A stretch of 64,000 nt of DNA from an uncultured Elusimicrobia bacterium (GTDB taxonomy: Bacteria; Elusimicrobiota; Elusimicrobia; F11): assembly GCA_964405835.1 (NCBI GenBank), contig CAYOPN010000003.1, positions 29,273 to 93,272 of the forward strand, given 5' to 3'. Of the stretch, positions 34,551 to 44,179 are shown in pieces. Both the position numbers and the translations under genes were made by a program. The notes beneath the pieces are model-generated. The model had not been told where the DNA came from. It was given only the letters and a program-made list of their open reading frames with translations, and ran no database searches. Numbering within the stretch: position 1 is the first letter of the stretch; each line of letters begins with the position of its first letter.

Positions 34551-35449
34551 TTGAGCGCCTCCAAGACCGAATTGATGTTGTGCTCAATCATTCCCATGTA
34601 CGTGGCGGAATCCGAAAAAGCGCCGCCCATGGTGGCCACTTTTGCGACCCGGATGCCGGTTTGGTCCGCAAGCCAATGCGGCGCGCTTTCCGAATACTGA
34701 ATTTCGAACAAGAGCAGCTTGGCATTTTCCTTTTTGATCTTTTCCGCCAACTCCGCCAGATGCCGCGGCGACGGCGCAATGCCCGGCTTGGGTTCGATCT
34801 CGCCAATCAAAACAATTTTCAGATAGTCCGCGAAGTACACCATGTCGCGGTGATACGAGATGGCGCGAAGGCCTACCAGCGAAGCGGTCCGCTTCTCCCA
34901 CTCCTTTAATTTCCCGGCCAATTCCTGTTCAAAGGCCGCGCGGTTCTTCTCGTAAACGGCCTTGTTAGTCGTGTCCAACCGCGCGAATGCCTCGGCAATA
35001 GCGCGCGCGATGGCCGTGCCGTTGCGCGGGTCGGTGTTGTAATGCGGATTCCCGTCGGGATGCAGCTCCCCTTCGGCGCGGGACAGACTCACCGGGACAT
35101 TGAGCGGCTTTATGTGGACGGAACAATCAATGTCTCCGTTTTGGCCCGGTTGCAAAGCCGGGTTCGCCGCCGCCTCGATGAGCGCCGGCAAAAAAGCGTG
35201 CTCGGCCCAAAGACCCAGATGAACAATGCCTTGTGCCTGCGCGAGCTTCGGCACGAAGCTCGGGCGCTGGGGCACCGAGTGGATGTCCTCCGTGCCCTTC
35301 GCCAAGGTCTCCACGTTCACCAAGTCGCCGCCGACGCGCCGCGCGATGTCCGCCAAGTCCGGCGTGGTCGCCACAATCCGCAGCTTTGCATGGGCCGGCG
35401 TTGCCGCCCATAACAAACAAGAAAAAAACAGAAGTCTCTTTAAAACCAT
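34547..35449 (-). CDS. znuA: Periplasmic metal-binding protein (TroA/ZnuA-like, cluster 9 SBP)
   Basis: Signal MVLKRLLFFSCLLWAATPAHA; His/Asp/Glu-rich metal site region. Start M11 (35449) has GGAGG 4 nt upstream; track start 35479 lies inside a REP hairpin loop. Confidence 0.8.
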   Translation of the reverse strand: MVLKRLLFFSCLLWAATPAHAKLRIVATTPDLADIARRVGGDLVNVETLAKGTEDIHSVPQRPSFVPKLAQAQGIVHLGLWAEHAFLPALIEAAANPALQPGQNGDIDCSVHIKPLNVPVSLSRAEGELHPDGNPHYNTDPRNGTAIARAIAEAFARLDTTNKAVYEKNRAAFEQELAGKLKEWEKRTASLVGLRAISYHRDMVYFADYLKIVLIGEIEPKPGIAPSPRHLAELAEKIKKENAKLLLFEIQYSESAPHWLADQTGIRVAKVATMGGAFSDSATYMGMIEHNINSVLEALK

Positions 35450-35465
35450 AAACCCTCCATTAATT

Positions 35466-35544
35466 CGTCTCCCCGGCATGTCTTTGGCCGGGGTCTCCCG
35501 TTTTCAAAACTAGAGTTCCCGGCCAAAAGATTGCCGGGATGACG
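35466..35544. repeat. REPIN-like inverted doublet (loops ATGTCTTTG / AATCTTTTG) in the omp-znuA intergenic region and 5' UTR
   Basis: cgtctCCCCGGCatgtctttgGCCGGGGtctcc (35466-35498) and, inverted, ttCCCGGCcaaaagattGCCGGGatgacg (35516-35544; revcomp starts cgtcat). Confidence 0.6.
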
Positions 35545-36759
35545 CTAGCGGTCCTTAAACGCGTGCGCGTGTTTGCCGATCACCGCCGTCCATTGCAAAA
35601 AAACCTGATGGTCGGTTTCGGTGCCCGGCACGTTGTCTTTCACCTGCGAATACTGCGCGCGGATCCGCTGGAATTCCGACGGGATGAAATTGATGAACCC
35701 GCCAGCGCTGCGCGTCACTTCATCGGGATTATCGATGCTTTCGGAGTAATCGTAAAAACCGCCACCACTAAACAGACGGGCCAAGGCCGCTTCCACGTAG
35801 GAATAACCACCGAGCGCGCTGCGACGCTCGAACGTATCTGTGTCGCCGATGTTGTCCGCATCCGTGTCGAGCGCGAGTTCCTGGCGGCGGCGTTCGTTGT
35901 TATGAAACCCCTCCAGCCCCCAAGTAATTTTTTTGAACAGGTTTTGGCGAACGGGTTCGTAGCGATACGTGATATCCACACCAGTCAAATAGCGGCGGTT
36001 GTTCGACATGTCGTTCGCGATGCCGCCGATAAAGTTCTGCCGCGGCGTGTAGGCCTCGCTCACCCCCACATCAACGCCTTGGTTATCTCCCAGCGGAAGA
36101 TACGTGAACAGCCGCGCGTTGTAGGTCATTGCGTTCCATTTGCGGCCGGACGTGTCGCCATCGCCGCCGGTCTCTTCCAAACGCGTGTTCTCCGAACCGA
36201 TCTTGTTCGTTGCGCCGACGGTCCCTTGCAGGAAAAACGGGACGTAGAACAAGTGGGTCAATTCGACGCCATCCGATTTTGTTTCGCCGCCAACAAACGA
36301 ATCAAGCGAGGTCAAACGCTCCACGAACGGCAATTCGTGTTCGTGGAATTTCGGCAAGCGCCCAAAATTTGAGAAATAACGACCGAACCGCACGGTCATG
36401 TGGGCCGGCAACGCGGTCGTCACCACGGCCGCTTCCTCGACTTCAACCTCTTCGTCGGTGCCGTTGATGATTGCGTAGACCTTCGCGAACGGGTCCACGG
36501 TCGCCTGGAAATTTAGCTCCGCTCCGCGGAAATCAAAACCTCCTTTATCTTCTTTCGTGTCTTTGACCACGGCATCCAATACCAGGCCCATGGCCGGGTT
36601 AAACGCCGATGAATCCGCGGACGTGCGGCGCGCGTCCAACTCCTTTAATACCGCCTGTTTCACTTCTTCCACCGTGACTTCCGAATAAATGGGACGGATA
36701 AAACTCACTGCCAAAAATACGGCCGCCAATAGGCGGAACAAATGCATGTGTTGCAACAT
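35545..36759 (-). CDS. Putative outer-membrane beta-barrel protein (in znu/dps metal cluster)
   Basis: Signal MLQHMHLFRLLAAVFLAVSF; Gly/Tyr-rich alternating strands; C-terminus ...HAHAFKDR. Confidence 0.45.
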   Translation of the reverse strand: MLQHMHLFRLLAAVFLAVSFIRPIYSEVTVEEVKQAVLKELDARRTSADSSAFNPAMGLVLDAVVKDTKEDKGGFDFRGAELNFQATVDPFAKVYAIINGTDEEVEVEEAAVVTTALPAHMTVRFGRYFSNFGRLPKFHEHELPFVERLTSLDSFVGGETKSDGVELTHLFYVPFFLQGTVGATNKIGSENTRLEETGGDGDTSGRKWNAMTYNARLFTYLPLGDNQGVDVGVSEAYTPRQNFIGGIANDMSNNRRYLTGVDITYRYEPVRQNLFKKITWGLEGFHNNERRRQELALDTDADNIGDTDTFERRSALGGYSYVEAALARLFSGGGFYDYSESIDNPDEVTRSAGGFINFIPSEFQRIRAQYSQVKDNVPGTETDHQVFLQWTAVIGKHAHAFKDR

Positions 36760-36837
36760 AGAAATACCTCCAAAACAATAAGGGCCTAAATCAAAGGGCC
36801 TGATCCGCCAAGGCGGACCGGTTACGACGGATGGAGG

Positions 36838-37110
36838 TTAAGCGAGAGGTGGGGCGCGGGGAGAGGCGGTAAGAAGTGAGGCGCGAGAAACAAACGTCTC
36901 AAAAGAAAACGGGAGCAATTCCTCGACGACATGAACATTCAGTACGGCCGAACCGGCGTCAATGTCTCCGGTCGAGATGGTGTGGCAAACAACGCAACCA
37001 TGATCATTGACGGAAGCGTGCGAAGCGTCCGCGTGGGCGACGTGGAGTTGGGCGGCCAAAACCGCCACAACTCCGAGGAAAAACGCCGATCGCTTCAGAA
37101 ACTGCTTCAT
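36838..37110 (-). CDS. Small secreted His/Cys-rich protein (putative periplasmic metal-binding)
   Basis: Signal MKQFLKRSAFFLGVVAVLAAQLHVAHA then DASHASVNDHGCVVCHTISTGD. ATG 6 nt after dps stop with AAGG RBS. Confidence 0.4.
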   Translation of the reverse strand: MKQFLKRSAFFLGVVAVLAAQLHVAHADASHASVNDHGCVVCHTISTGDIDAGSAVLNVHVVEELLPFSFETFVSRASLLTASPRAPPLA

Positions 37111-37116
37111 GTGCCT

Positions 37117-37593
37117 TTATTTATCAAGGAATGAACGCAACATCCAGGCCATTTTTTCATGGCCTTCCATCAAGCCGGTAAGAAAATCGCTGGTGCCGGT
37201 GTCGTGGTGCTTCTCGTTGGTGGTATCGACATCTTGGCGCAGCGTGCGGATGACGGTCTCATGATCATTTAAGAGATTCTTGATCATGTTGGGCGCGCTC
37301 GGGAATTTCCCGGGGTGTTCATTCAACTGGGAAAGTTTCGTGAATTCCCTCAGCGTCGCCACCGATTTCCCCCCGAGGCTGCGGGAACGTTCGGCCACTT
37401 CATCGATGGACTCATTGAGGGCCTCGTATTGCGCTTCAAAGAACTTATGGAGATCGTTGAACTGCATGCCAACGACATTCCAATGGTAATTTCGCGTTTT
37501 CATGTAGAGAACATACAGGTCAGCCAGGTTTCGATTGAGAATCTTTACGACCGCTTCCCGGTCTTTATCAGCAATGGCGATACTGGCTTTCAT
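37117..37593 (-). CDS. dps: DNA protection during starvation protein (ferritin-like)
   Basis: LNRNLADLYVLYMKTRNYHWNVVGMQFNDLHKFFEAQYEAL... is the Dps ferroxidase-site region. Confidence 0.9.
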   Translation of the reverse strand: MKASIAIADKDREAVVKILNRNLADLYVLYMKTRNYHWNVVGMQFNDLHKFFEAQYEALNESIDEVAERSRSLGGKSVATLREFTKLSQLNEHPGKFPSAPNMIKNLLNDHETVIRTLRQDVDTTNEKHHDTGTSDFLTGLMEGHEKMAWMLRSFLDK

Positions 37594-37603
37594 ATGTTCC
37601 TCC

Positions 37604-38167
37604 TTAACGGCTAATTACTTTGAATTCAATCCGTCGGTTGTTCGAACGGCCATCGGCGGTCTGATTGTCGGCGATGGGTTTCGACTCACCGTAACCTTTG
37701 CTGCTGAGCCGAGTTCCCGAAACGCCTTTCTCAACCAAATAAACTTTTACGGCGTCAGCGCGACGCTGAGAAAGCGCTTGGTTCGCGTTGTCTTCTCCGA
37801 CATTGTCGGTATGGCCCTGGACTTCCACGTTAACCGACGGATTCGCATTGAGTGTCGCGGCGGCCTCATTCAACACCACCAAGCTGCTGGGTTGAAGACG
37901 ATCCGAATTGGTTTCAAAATTAACTCCCTTGAGAACCCATTCGCCTTGCGGAACGGCCATGGCCTGTTTCGCTGGCTCGGATTTTTTCACCGGAGCAGAG
38001 GCGGGAGCGGGTTGAATCTCGGTGCAATAGTTCCATCCCGATTGGTGCTGGAGCTGAACGTAGGGTGTTTTGCAATCCCAGCGAAGATCGGCTGGATAGA
38101 TTGGCGAGGCGATAACGGCGGATGTTCCCATCCCCAACAACATTGCGGCGGCGATTAATTTTTTCAT
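37604..38167 (-). CDS. OmpA-family peptidoglycan-associated protein
   Basis: C-terminal OmpA-like domain: NFETNSDRL...VQGHTDNVG...ALSQRRADAV...RRIEF. Confidence 0.8.
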   Translation of the reverse strand: MKKLIAAAMLLGMGTSAVIASPIYPADLRWDCKTPYVQLQHQSGWNYCTEIQPAPASAPVKKSEPAKQAMAVPQGEWVLKGVNFETNSDRLQPSSLVVLNEAAATLNANPSVNVEVQGHTDNVGEDNANQALSQRRADAVKVYLVEKGVSGTRLSSKGYGESKPIADNQTADGRSNNRRIEFKVISR

Positions 38168-38191
38168 TTGAGTCTCCCTGTTAATTTTGAA

Positions 38192-38917
38192 TTAGTACGT
38201 CGCAACCAGCGCGACGGTGGTGGTGGTGTCATTGCGGCCAAATCCTCTCGGCGGCTCGCCGACGTGTTTCCAAACGTACGAGAGCTTGAGTGACATGGCC
38301 GTGTTGATAGCGGCGGTGATAGCGGTCTCGGTGTTCACTCGGAAGTCGCGGCGGTTCTCAAAGTTATGGAGATATTCCGCGTCCTGGCTGAAGTTGGATG
38401 TGGGAGAAATCGTCCACACGTATTTGCTGTAGGCGCGGCCGGAGGTGAACTCTTCATCATCATCGTTGATGCGGTATTCCTCGATGTAACCGACACCGAC
38501 TTCGCCGATCAGGAAGTTCACAGGCGACTTGATGAGTTCGCGTCCCATACCGACGTTGTTGTCGTAGCGTCCGCGGATACCGGCGAAACGGTCTTTGTCC
38601 CACACGAATTTCTGATAGCCGTAGTTTTTCTCTGAGAATTTCTGAGTAAGTTTTTCGCTCGCGCTGTACTTCTCGGCCGTGGTGCTTCCCTGATTCGATG
38701 CTCCCAGGGCGCTGCCAATCAGCTCAAGCACGGTCTTGGACTTCCATTCGTAATTAAAGGTGTCTTTCACGGACCCGCTCTGCGATTTGGTGTTTCCATT
38801 AGCGCTGACGGCGGAAAGCTCGGTCGAATTCTTCCAGGGTTTCTTCGGTGCTTCTTCCGCGCCGGCGGTTGCTGCAACAGCGAACAAAACGGCCGCGGAA
38901 ATAACTTTCAACTTCAT
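38192..38917 (-). CDS. Outer-membrane beta-barrel protein, DUF481 (YdiY-like)
   Basis: Signal MKLKVISAAVLFAVAATAGA; barrel ends ...TTTTVALVATY. Confidence 0.55.
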   Translation of the reverse strand: MKLKVISAAVLFAVAATAGAEEAPKKPWKNSTELSAVSANGNTKSQSGSVKDTFNYEWKSKTVLELIGSALGASNQGSTTAEKYSASEKLTQKFSEKNYGYQKFVWDKDRFAGIRGRYDNNVGMGRELIKSPVNFLIGEVGVGYIEEYRINDDDEEFTSGRAYSKYVWTISPTSNFSQDAEYLHNFENRRDFRVNTETAITAAINTAMSLKLSYVWKHVGEPPRGFGRNDTTTTVALVATY

Positions 38918-38953
38918 GATAACTCCTTATCTATGTCTTGGTGGTTGTACGAA

Positions 38954-39373
38954 TTAGTTGGCCGGTACGTTCGAAGTGCAAAATGCGCATTTCGTGGCCT
39001 TCAACGGAATATTGGACAGACAAAGCGGGCAGGGTTTGGAGGTAGGGGTGAGCACACCGACTTCTTTCCGTTTCATCTGATTCATGACTTTCACAACGAG
39101 GAAAACACAGAAAGCAACAATGATGAAATCGAGCACGTTGTTGATGAAAACACCGTAATTAAAGGTGGCGGCTTTGGTGGTCTCGGTCGCCTCCCGCATA
39201 ACAATTTTCAAATCGCTGAAGTCAACGTTCCCAAGCAGCACGCCGACCGGAGGCATGATCAAATCATTGACGGCAGATGAGACGATCTTTCCGAAGGCCC
39301 CGCCGATAATAACGCCAACCGCCAAATCAACCACATTTCCGCGCATGGCAAACTCTTTGAATTCTTTCAGCAT
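38954..39373 (-). CDS. mscL: Large-conductance mechanosensitive channel with C-terminal Cys4 (CxxC...CxxC) tail
   Basis: [33 protein letters not shown]... aligns with E. coli MscL; tail ...[27 protein letters not shown] replaces the usual cytoplasmic helix. Confidence 0.9.
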   Translation of the reverse strand: MLKEFKEFAMRGNVVDLAVGVIIGGAFGKIVSSAVNDLIMPPVGVLLGNVDFSDLKIVMREATETTKAATFNYGVFINNVLDFIIVAFCVFLVVKVMNQMKRKEVGVLTPTSKPCPLCLSNIPLKATKCAFCTSNVPAN

Positions 39374-39403
39374 GGGATCACCTCGTTATGATTTTTTTGG
39401 GAG

Positions 39404-39826
39404 TTACTTCGGACTCGAATTAACGGCGGGCAAAGGGGGTGGCGCGACAGCGTTTTCAACGGGCACAACATCGGTGGCAAAATAATCGGTCTCGGCAAAA
39501 ATCGGGAGCGGGATGAAGCGGTGCTGATCGTATTTGAGGACCACGCGCTGACCAAGCGTGCCTTTTAATTTCTCTGCAACGGCGGCGTCCACGACGCTGA
39601 AAATAAACAACTCGGGCATGGCGCCGGGCAAATTCACCATCGCCAGTTCACCTTCCCAGGTCTTGAAAATCCAACCACGCTTGGAGAATTTCTGGATGTA
39701 GCCGGCACGTTCACCCGTGGAGAACACGTATTTGAGCGTAAACCAGAACCACAGGCCAAAACCAATGGTGCCTACAAGCACCACAGTTACAAGGGATTTG
39801 ACGATCCAACGGCGAAGGGCTTCCAT
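39404..39826 (-). CDS. Hypothetical membrane protein
   Basis: N-terminal TM LVTVVLVGTIGFGLWFWF; no recognised motif. Confidence 0.35.
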   Translation of the reverse strand: MEALRRWIVKSLVTVVLVGTIGFGLWFWFTLKYVFSTGERAGYIQKFSKRGWIFKTWEGELAMVNLPGAMPELFIFSVVDAAVAEKLKGTLGQRVVLKYDQHRFIPLPIFAETDYFATDVVPVENAVAPPPLPAVNSSPK

Positions 39827-39850
39827 AAGGGCGGGGATTGTACATCAAAA

Positions 39851-40981
39851 ATGCGTGATGGATTGTCTACAATGCACGTTCTCATGAAAACGTTTTTTAA
39901 ATCCCGGTTTTTGATTTCCTGTTTTGCCGTCCTACTGTCCGGCTGCGTACTCCGCCAGGAGCAGCCGCTCAACTCGCGTTATCTTGGCGACTACACCGGA
40001 TTTCAACAAGTGGACTTCAAGGCTGAAACATTGGTGTACCGCCATCCCACCACCCGTGTCACCGACTACAACAAATTCATGATCGCGCCCGTCATAGTGT
40101 ATGAGAACGCGCCCAAAATCAAAGAATCCAACCGCCCTTTTTACGATGATCTGGCCGATGAACTGCATTCAAAACTTGTCGGCATCATTTCCAAAAACTA
40201 TTCGATTGTGAAGGATCCGGGCCCGGGCGTGTTATTGTTGGAGTACGCCATCGTCGACATCAAGCCCTACACCTGGATGACGAAAGAAGACGGGACCCGC
40301 TATTTCCGGACCGACACGACCCGCAAGGGCTCGCAGTTCGAGCTCGACTGCCGCGATTCGCAATCGGACGAGCGTATTTTCGCGATTTCGACGCGGTACG
40401 TGGGCAAGACCTACATGGCCTACGCCAACATGTCTTGCCTGCCCAACATTCAAACCGCCTTCGACCAATGGGCGCGTTTCCTCGACAGCCTGCTGGCGCG
40501 CGCGAAACAAGACCGGGCCGCGGCGCGCCAAGAAGATGCCGCTTCTTTTCGCCCCGCCACATCGTCCTACCGTTCCGATCCCAAAAATCCGGGCGCGGTC
40601 GTTTACCGGCACCCCAAGCTGCGCGTTACGAATTATGAAAAGTTTTATGTCCCGGTCCCCCGCCTCGAGGGCCGCCCCAATATGACCGCCGATGAACGCA
40701 AGGAAATCGGCCTAAAATTGCGCGACGAAGCGATCCTGATTTTCGACGACCCGTCCCTTTTCGTGAACCATCCCGGCCCCGGCATTCTCACCGTCCGGAC
40801 GCGGATTGAAGAGTCCCCGACCGGCCACAAATTTACGCTGGAATGCATCGATCCGGCCCAAGGCACACTGGTCTTCGGCATGATCCAAACTGTGCCAGGG
40901 CAGGATTTGTTTAAGGCCTATAAGAAATGGAACGAGAAACTCAAGGAGCGTTGGGAAGAAGCGCTCGAGGCCAAACCATGA
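39851..40981 (+). CDS. Lipoprotein with internally duplicated domain
   Basis: Lipobox VLLSGC. Two repeats: LVYRHPTTRVTDYNKFMIAPV... and VVYRHPKLRVTNYEKFYVPVP... Confidence 0.45.
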   Translation: MRDGLSTMHVLMKTFFKSRFLISCFAVLLSGCVLRQEQPLNSRYLGDYTGFQQVDFKAETLVYRHPTTRVTDYNKFMIAPVIVYENAPKIKESNRPFYDDLADELHSKLVGIISKNYSIVKDPGPGVLLLEYAIVDIKPYTWMTKEDGTRYFRTDTTRKGSQFELDCRDSQSDERIFAISTRYVGKTYMAYANMSCLPNIQTAFDQWARFLDSLLARAKQDRAAARQEDAASFRPATSSYRSDPKNPGAVVYRHPKLRVTNYEKFYVPVPRLEGRPNMTADERKEIGLKLRDEAILIFDDPSLFVNHPGPGILTVRTRIEESPTGHKFTLECIDPAQGTLVFGMIQTVPGQDLFKAYKKWNEKLKERWEEALEAKP

Positions 40982-41529
40982 CCCTGCTTCGCCGATGGCT
41001 ACGCAGGGCAAGCCCGCTCTTGTTGTTAACAGGAGTAGCGATGGCGGCGGACACGGACCCCATGAAGATCGATGACATTGTGAAGAACGTTGGTCCACGC
41101 TCACGGATACTGGTGCAAGGTACCATCACAAAAGCCATTAGCTTCGATACGATGGTATTAGACGATGGGACCGGGAAAATGGTGCTGGACCTTACCCAAG
41201 CCAAGAACGAACTAAAAGTCTCGGATACGGTGGTGGTATACGGGAAATACCGCGGGACTTCAACTTACCGGGCGTACAACGCGGAGATGTTGGCGTTGGA
41301 ATTGGCTTCCCCCACCGACACCGAAACCGTCAAGAAACTCGGCGAAAAATTTGCAAAGAACCACCCGATAACAAAAGAAGATCGCGCTAAGAAAAAAGAA
41401 GAGAGCGCGCCGAAAGTGGAGAAATCCGTGGAAGGACGGCTGGAAGAACTTGAAAAGCTCAAATCAAAAAACCTGGTCACTCCCGAAGAGTATCAAGAGC
41501 AGCGCAAACGCCTGCTAAACGACCTCTAA
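40978..41529 (+). CDS. Secreted OB-fold (YgiW/BOF-like) protein with C-terminal SHOCT-like segment
   Basis: Signal MTLLRRWLRRASPLLLLTGVAMAA; C-terminus LEELEKLKSKNLVTPEEYQEQRKRLLNDL. ATGA overlap with the preceding gene. Confidence 0.45.
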   Translation: MTLLRRWLRRASPLLLLTGVAMAADTDPMKIDDIVKNVGPRSRILVQGTITKAISFDTMVLDDGTGKMVLDLTQAKNELKVSDTVVVYGKYRGTSTYRAYNAEMLALELASPTDTETVKKLGEKFAKNHPITKEDRAKKKEESAPKVEKSVEGRLEELEKLKSKNLVTPEEYQEQRKRLLNDL

Positions 41530-41530
41530 C

Positions 41531-42058
41531 TCAATTCCCTTCTGATAAAAGCCGTTTGACTTCCTCACGCCATTTCGCCGGATCTTTGACGTTGTAACCC
41601 GTGTGGATAAAACGAACATTCCCCTTCCGGTCAATAATGTAGGAACTCGGCATCGCTTCGGCCTCGTATTTGGCGACGACCGCGCTTTCCGGATCGAGCA
41701 ACACCGTCAACACCAGCGGTCGATTAATTGGTTTGGCGAGAAATTTTTGCACTGCGGCCGGCTTCTTGTCCACATTGATGGCCAGTACTTTGAATTTTTC
41801 CGTTTGGTATTCCTTCGCGAGACTGTTCAGTTCGGGGAACTCCACGTTGCAAGGCGGACACCACGTCGCCCAAAAGTTGACCAAAACAACGCTGCCACGA
41901 AGCGCCTTTAACTCAACCTGGTTTCCTTCCAGGTCCTTAAGTGAAAATTCCGGAGCGGGTTTATCGGTCCCGGCAGAAAATACCGGCCCAACCATCAGCA
42001 TCAACGCGAAAAAAACTGTTTTTAGCTTCATATTCATCTCCTTGACCGCTAATAGCAC
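41531..42058 (-). CDS. TlpA/ResA-like periplasmic thiol:disulfide oxidoreductase
   Basis: WATWCPPC active site; signal peptide. Confidence 0.85.
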   Translation of the reverse strand: MLLAVKEMNMKLKTVFFALMLMVGPVFSAGTDKPAPEFSLKDLEGNQVELKALRGSVVLVNFWATWCPPCNVEFPELNSLAKEYQTEKFKVLAINVDKKPAAVQKFLAKPINRPLVLTVLLDPESAVVAKYEAEAMPSSYIIDRKGNVRFIHTGYNVKDPAKWREEVKRLLSEGN

Positions 42059-42897
42059 CAGTGGCGGACACCAGCGCTTTCCAAGAAAGCATCTGCTGTT
42101 GCGCCGTTTAAAAATCCATACGTCGAAAGGAAACCGGCTTCGGTGCAGGTGTTCGCAGCCACCGTGACCGACCGTGGCGCGTCACTTACAGGCCAGCCAT
42201 TACGCGGGTCAAGAATATGGCCGTAGCGTTTGCCGTTGATCATCAGGAATTTTTTGGAATCCCCGCTGGTGGCCAGCGCGCCCTCTTTCGCTTCGATTAT
42301 GCGAACGGCCACATGCTCTTTCTCGGCGTCTTCAATACCGACTGTCCAGGGTTTACCATCCCGGCGTTTCCCTTCCATAGCAATGTCACCGCCGTAATTC
42401 ACCAACACCGCAACACCATAGCGGTCGCGGAGGGCCCGCAAGCTGCGATCGACCGCGTATTCTTTTCCAATGCCGCCCAAATCGATTTCCATACCGGGCG
42501 CAAGTTCAATCACAGGGTTCCGCCATTTCACTTTGTTCCACCCCACCAGCGGTAGGATCGTTTTTACGTCCTCCTCTTTGGGCACGCGGTCGCTACCGTC
42601 AAACTTCCAAACCTTGCGCAAAATTCCCGACGTAATGTCGAAGAGCCCGTTGCTGATCCGGTGGCAATGATCAGCGAAATCAATCAACCGCGCCGTTTCC
42701 TCATCGACTTTTACCGGCCGTCCCGCCGAAGTGTTGATTTGATGGACAATATTGCCCTCAATATAGCGGCTGAACTTTTTTTCAATACGGAACGCTTCCG
42801 CTTTGGCGATCTCCAACATCTCTTTGCCCAACACCGCGTCATCCGTATCGATCAGGATCTCACAAGGACAGGCCATCGCTCGAAAAGACCCTTTCAT
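42049..42897 (-). CDS. apbE: FAD:protein FMN transferase (ApbE family)
   Basis: EIDLGGIGKEYAVDRS and ApbE-like overall pattern. Confidence 0.8.
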   Translation of the reverse strand: MKGSFRAMACPCEILIDTDDAVLGKEMLEIAKAEAFRIEKKFSRYIEGNIVHQINTSAGRPVKVDEETARLIDFADHCHRISNGLFDITSGILRKVWKFDGSDRVPKEEDVKTILPLVGWNKVKWRNPVIELAPGMEIDLGGIGKEYAVDRSLRALRDRYGVAVLVNYGGDIAMEGKRRDGKPWTVGIEDAEKEHVAVRIIEAKEGALATSGDSKKFLMINGKRYGHILDPRNGWPVSDAPRSVTVAANTCTEAGFLSTYGFLNGATADAFLESAGVRHWCY

Positions 42898-42907
42898 CTC
42901 AATTTCC

Positions 42908-44179
42908 CTAGAAGGTGTATTGAATCTGGGCGATGGTCGCCTTTAGATTGGGATACGCGTCCAAACCACGCTGGACACCGATCAAGGAAGAAGGACTCTG
43001 GTCTCCGAAGGTGTTGTAGTACTCGAGCCGGAGAAGGAACGCATGCCCGTTCTTCATGTCCCATCCCCATTTCAGTCCATAGGTAAAACCGTGGAACTTC
43101 GCGAGGCGGTAATCCGAGCTGGCCTCGCGCGGCAACGGATCGCCGCTGATGAGGTTCAGGTGATAAAAGTCGGCTTCCGACTGACTGTAAAACCGCAGGC
43201 GCGGCTCCAGGTAATGATGTTCGGCAAACTTCCAGTTGTAATTCATATCAAGCGTATGGGAAGTGATGCCCCAGTCATCGAAGAAGTAACGGTAGGAAGC
43301 GCTGATCACGTCGCGGTCAAAATTATAGCGGGTCAACCAATAAAGCGAATGTTTGGTTCGGCTATCGGGACGGTTCTCATAAATATTGTCGACGGTCGAA
43401 CCCGTGTTACGGTCAATACGGCTCAACATTTTATAGGGATCGTTTAAGTAACCGCTCGCGCTGCTCAACGAATAATTCAACTGCATCAACGTGCGGCGGT
43501 TGATCACCTGCGTGACGCCCAGCAGTCCATCGAGCACGTTCTTACTGTCGCCGCCGCCCAAACGGGGTTGGACCTGGCCGGCGCCGACGGTCGTGGCAAG
43601 GGGGACCGGCACGCCGCCGACGGGATCAACCTGATCAAATTCACCGGAGAGACCGGCCATCAATGTCGTGTTTTTTTCATTGAAGTCGCGGGACAAAAGC
43701 ACGCTGCCCCCCGTAGAAAAGAAGTCGTATTCCTTCGATCCGTTGAGGACCAGCGTCAAAGACGTGAGACGGTTAAGGGGTTGCTTCCAGCTGGCATTGC
43801 CCGCAAAACGCGTGTCGTGAAAAGTGGGATCGAGCGGAATTTCTCCGGGAGCGACCACGTAACTGGCGCCACCGGACGGCGTCGTGAACGTCTGCGGCAC
43901 ATTCGTCGGCGTGGCCCCATTCGGCGTGGCGCCCGTTAGCACGTCCACCGTGAATTTTAAATTTGCCTCGCGCCCTTCGCTGAAGCGTTTCCTTAAATCA
44001 AGGACCGGTTCGATCGCTTTAACGCGGTCATCGGCCTCTTGATAATTCAGGACGGAGACGTCGACATTCCAGCTTTTTTCCTGGTCCTCGGCCGCTTTGG
44101 CCATGGGAACGGTCCCGAGCAACGCACAGGTGGCTGCGGAAAGTTTCTTTTTTAACTGGTCGTTGTTAGTTGCAGCCAC
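42908..44179 (-). CDS. DUF3570-family outer-membrane beta-barrel protein
   Basis: Signal; long barrel ending ...ATIAQIQYTF; conserved neighbourhood with DUF4266/ApbE/TlpA. Confidence 0.6.
   Translation of the reverse strand: MAATNNDQLKKKLSAATCALLGTVPMAKAAEDQEKSWNVDVSVLNYQEADDRVKAIEPVLDLRKRFSEGREANLKFTVDVLTGATPNGATPTNVPQTFTTPSGGASYVVAPGEIPLDPTFHDTRFAGNASWKQPLNRLTSLTLVLNGSKEYDFFSTGGSVLLSRDFNEKNTTLMAGLSGEFDQVDPVGGVPVPLATTVGAGQVQPRLGGGDSKNVLDGLLGVTQVINRRTLMQLNYSLSSASGYLNDPYKMLSRIDRNTGSTVDNIYENRPDSRTKHSLYWLTRYNFDRDVISASYRYFFDDWGITSHTLDMNYNWKFAEHHYLEPRLRFYSQSEADFYHLNLISGDPLPREASSDYRLAKFHGFTYGLKWGWDMKNGHAFLLRLEYYNTFGDQSPSSLIGVQRGLDAYPNLKATIAQIQYTF

Noticed and set aside
35539-36372. 277-aa + strand ORF
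   Set aside because: Antisense to the OMP gene 35545..36759 and starts inside a REP hairpin flank; no motifs.
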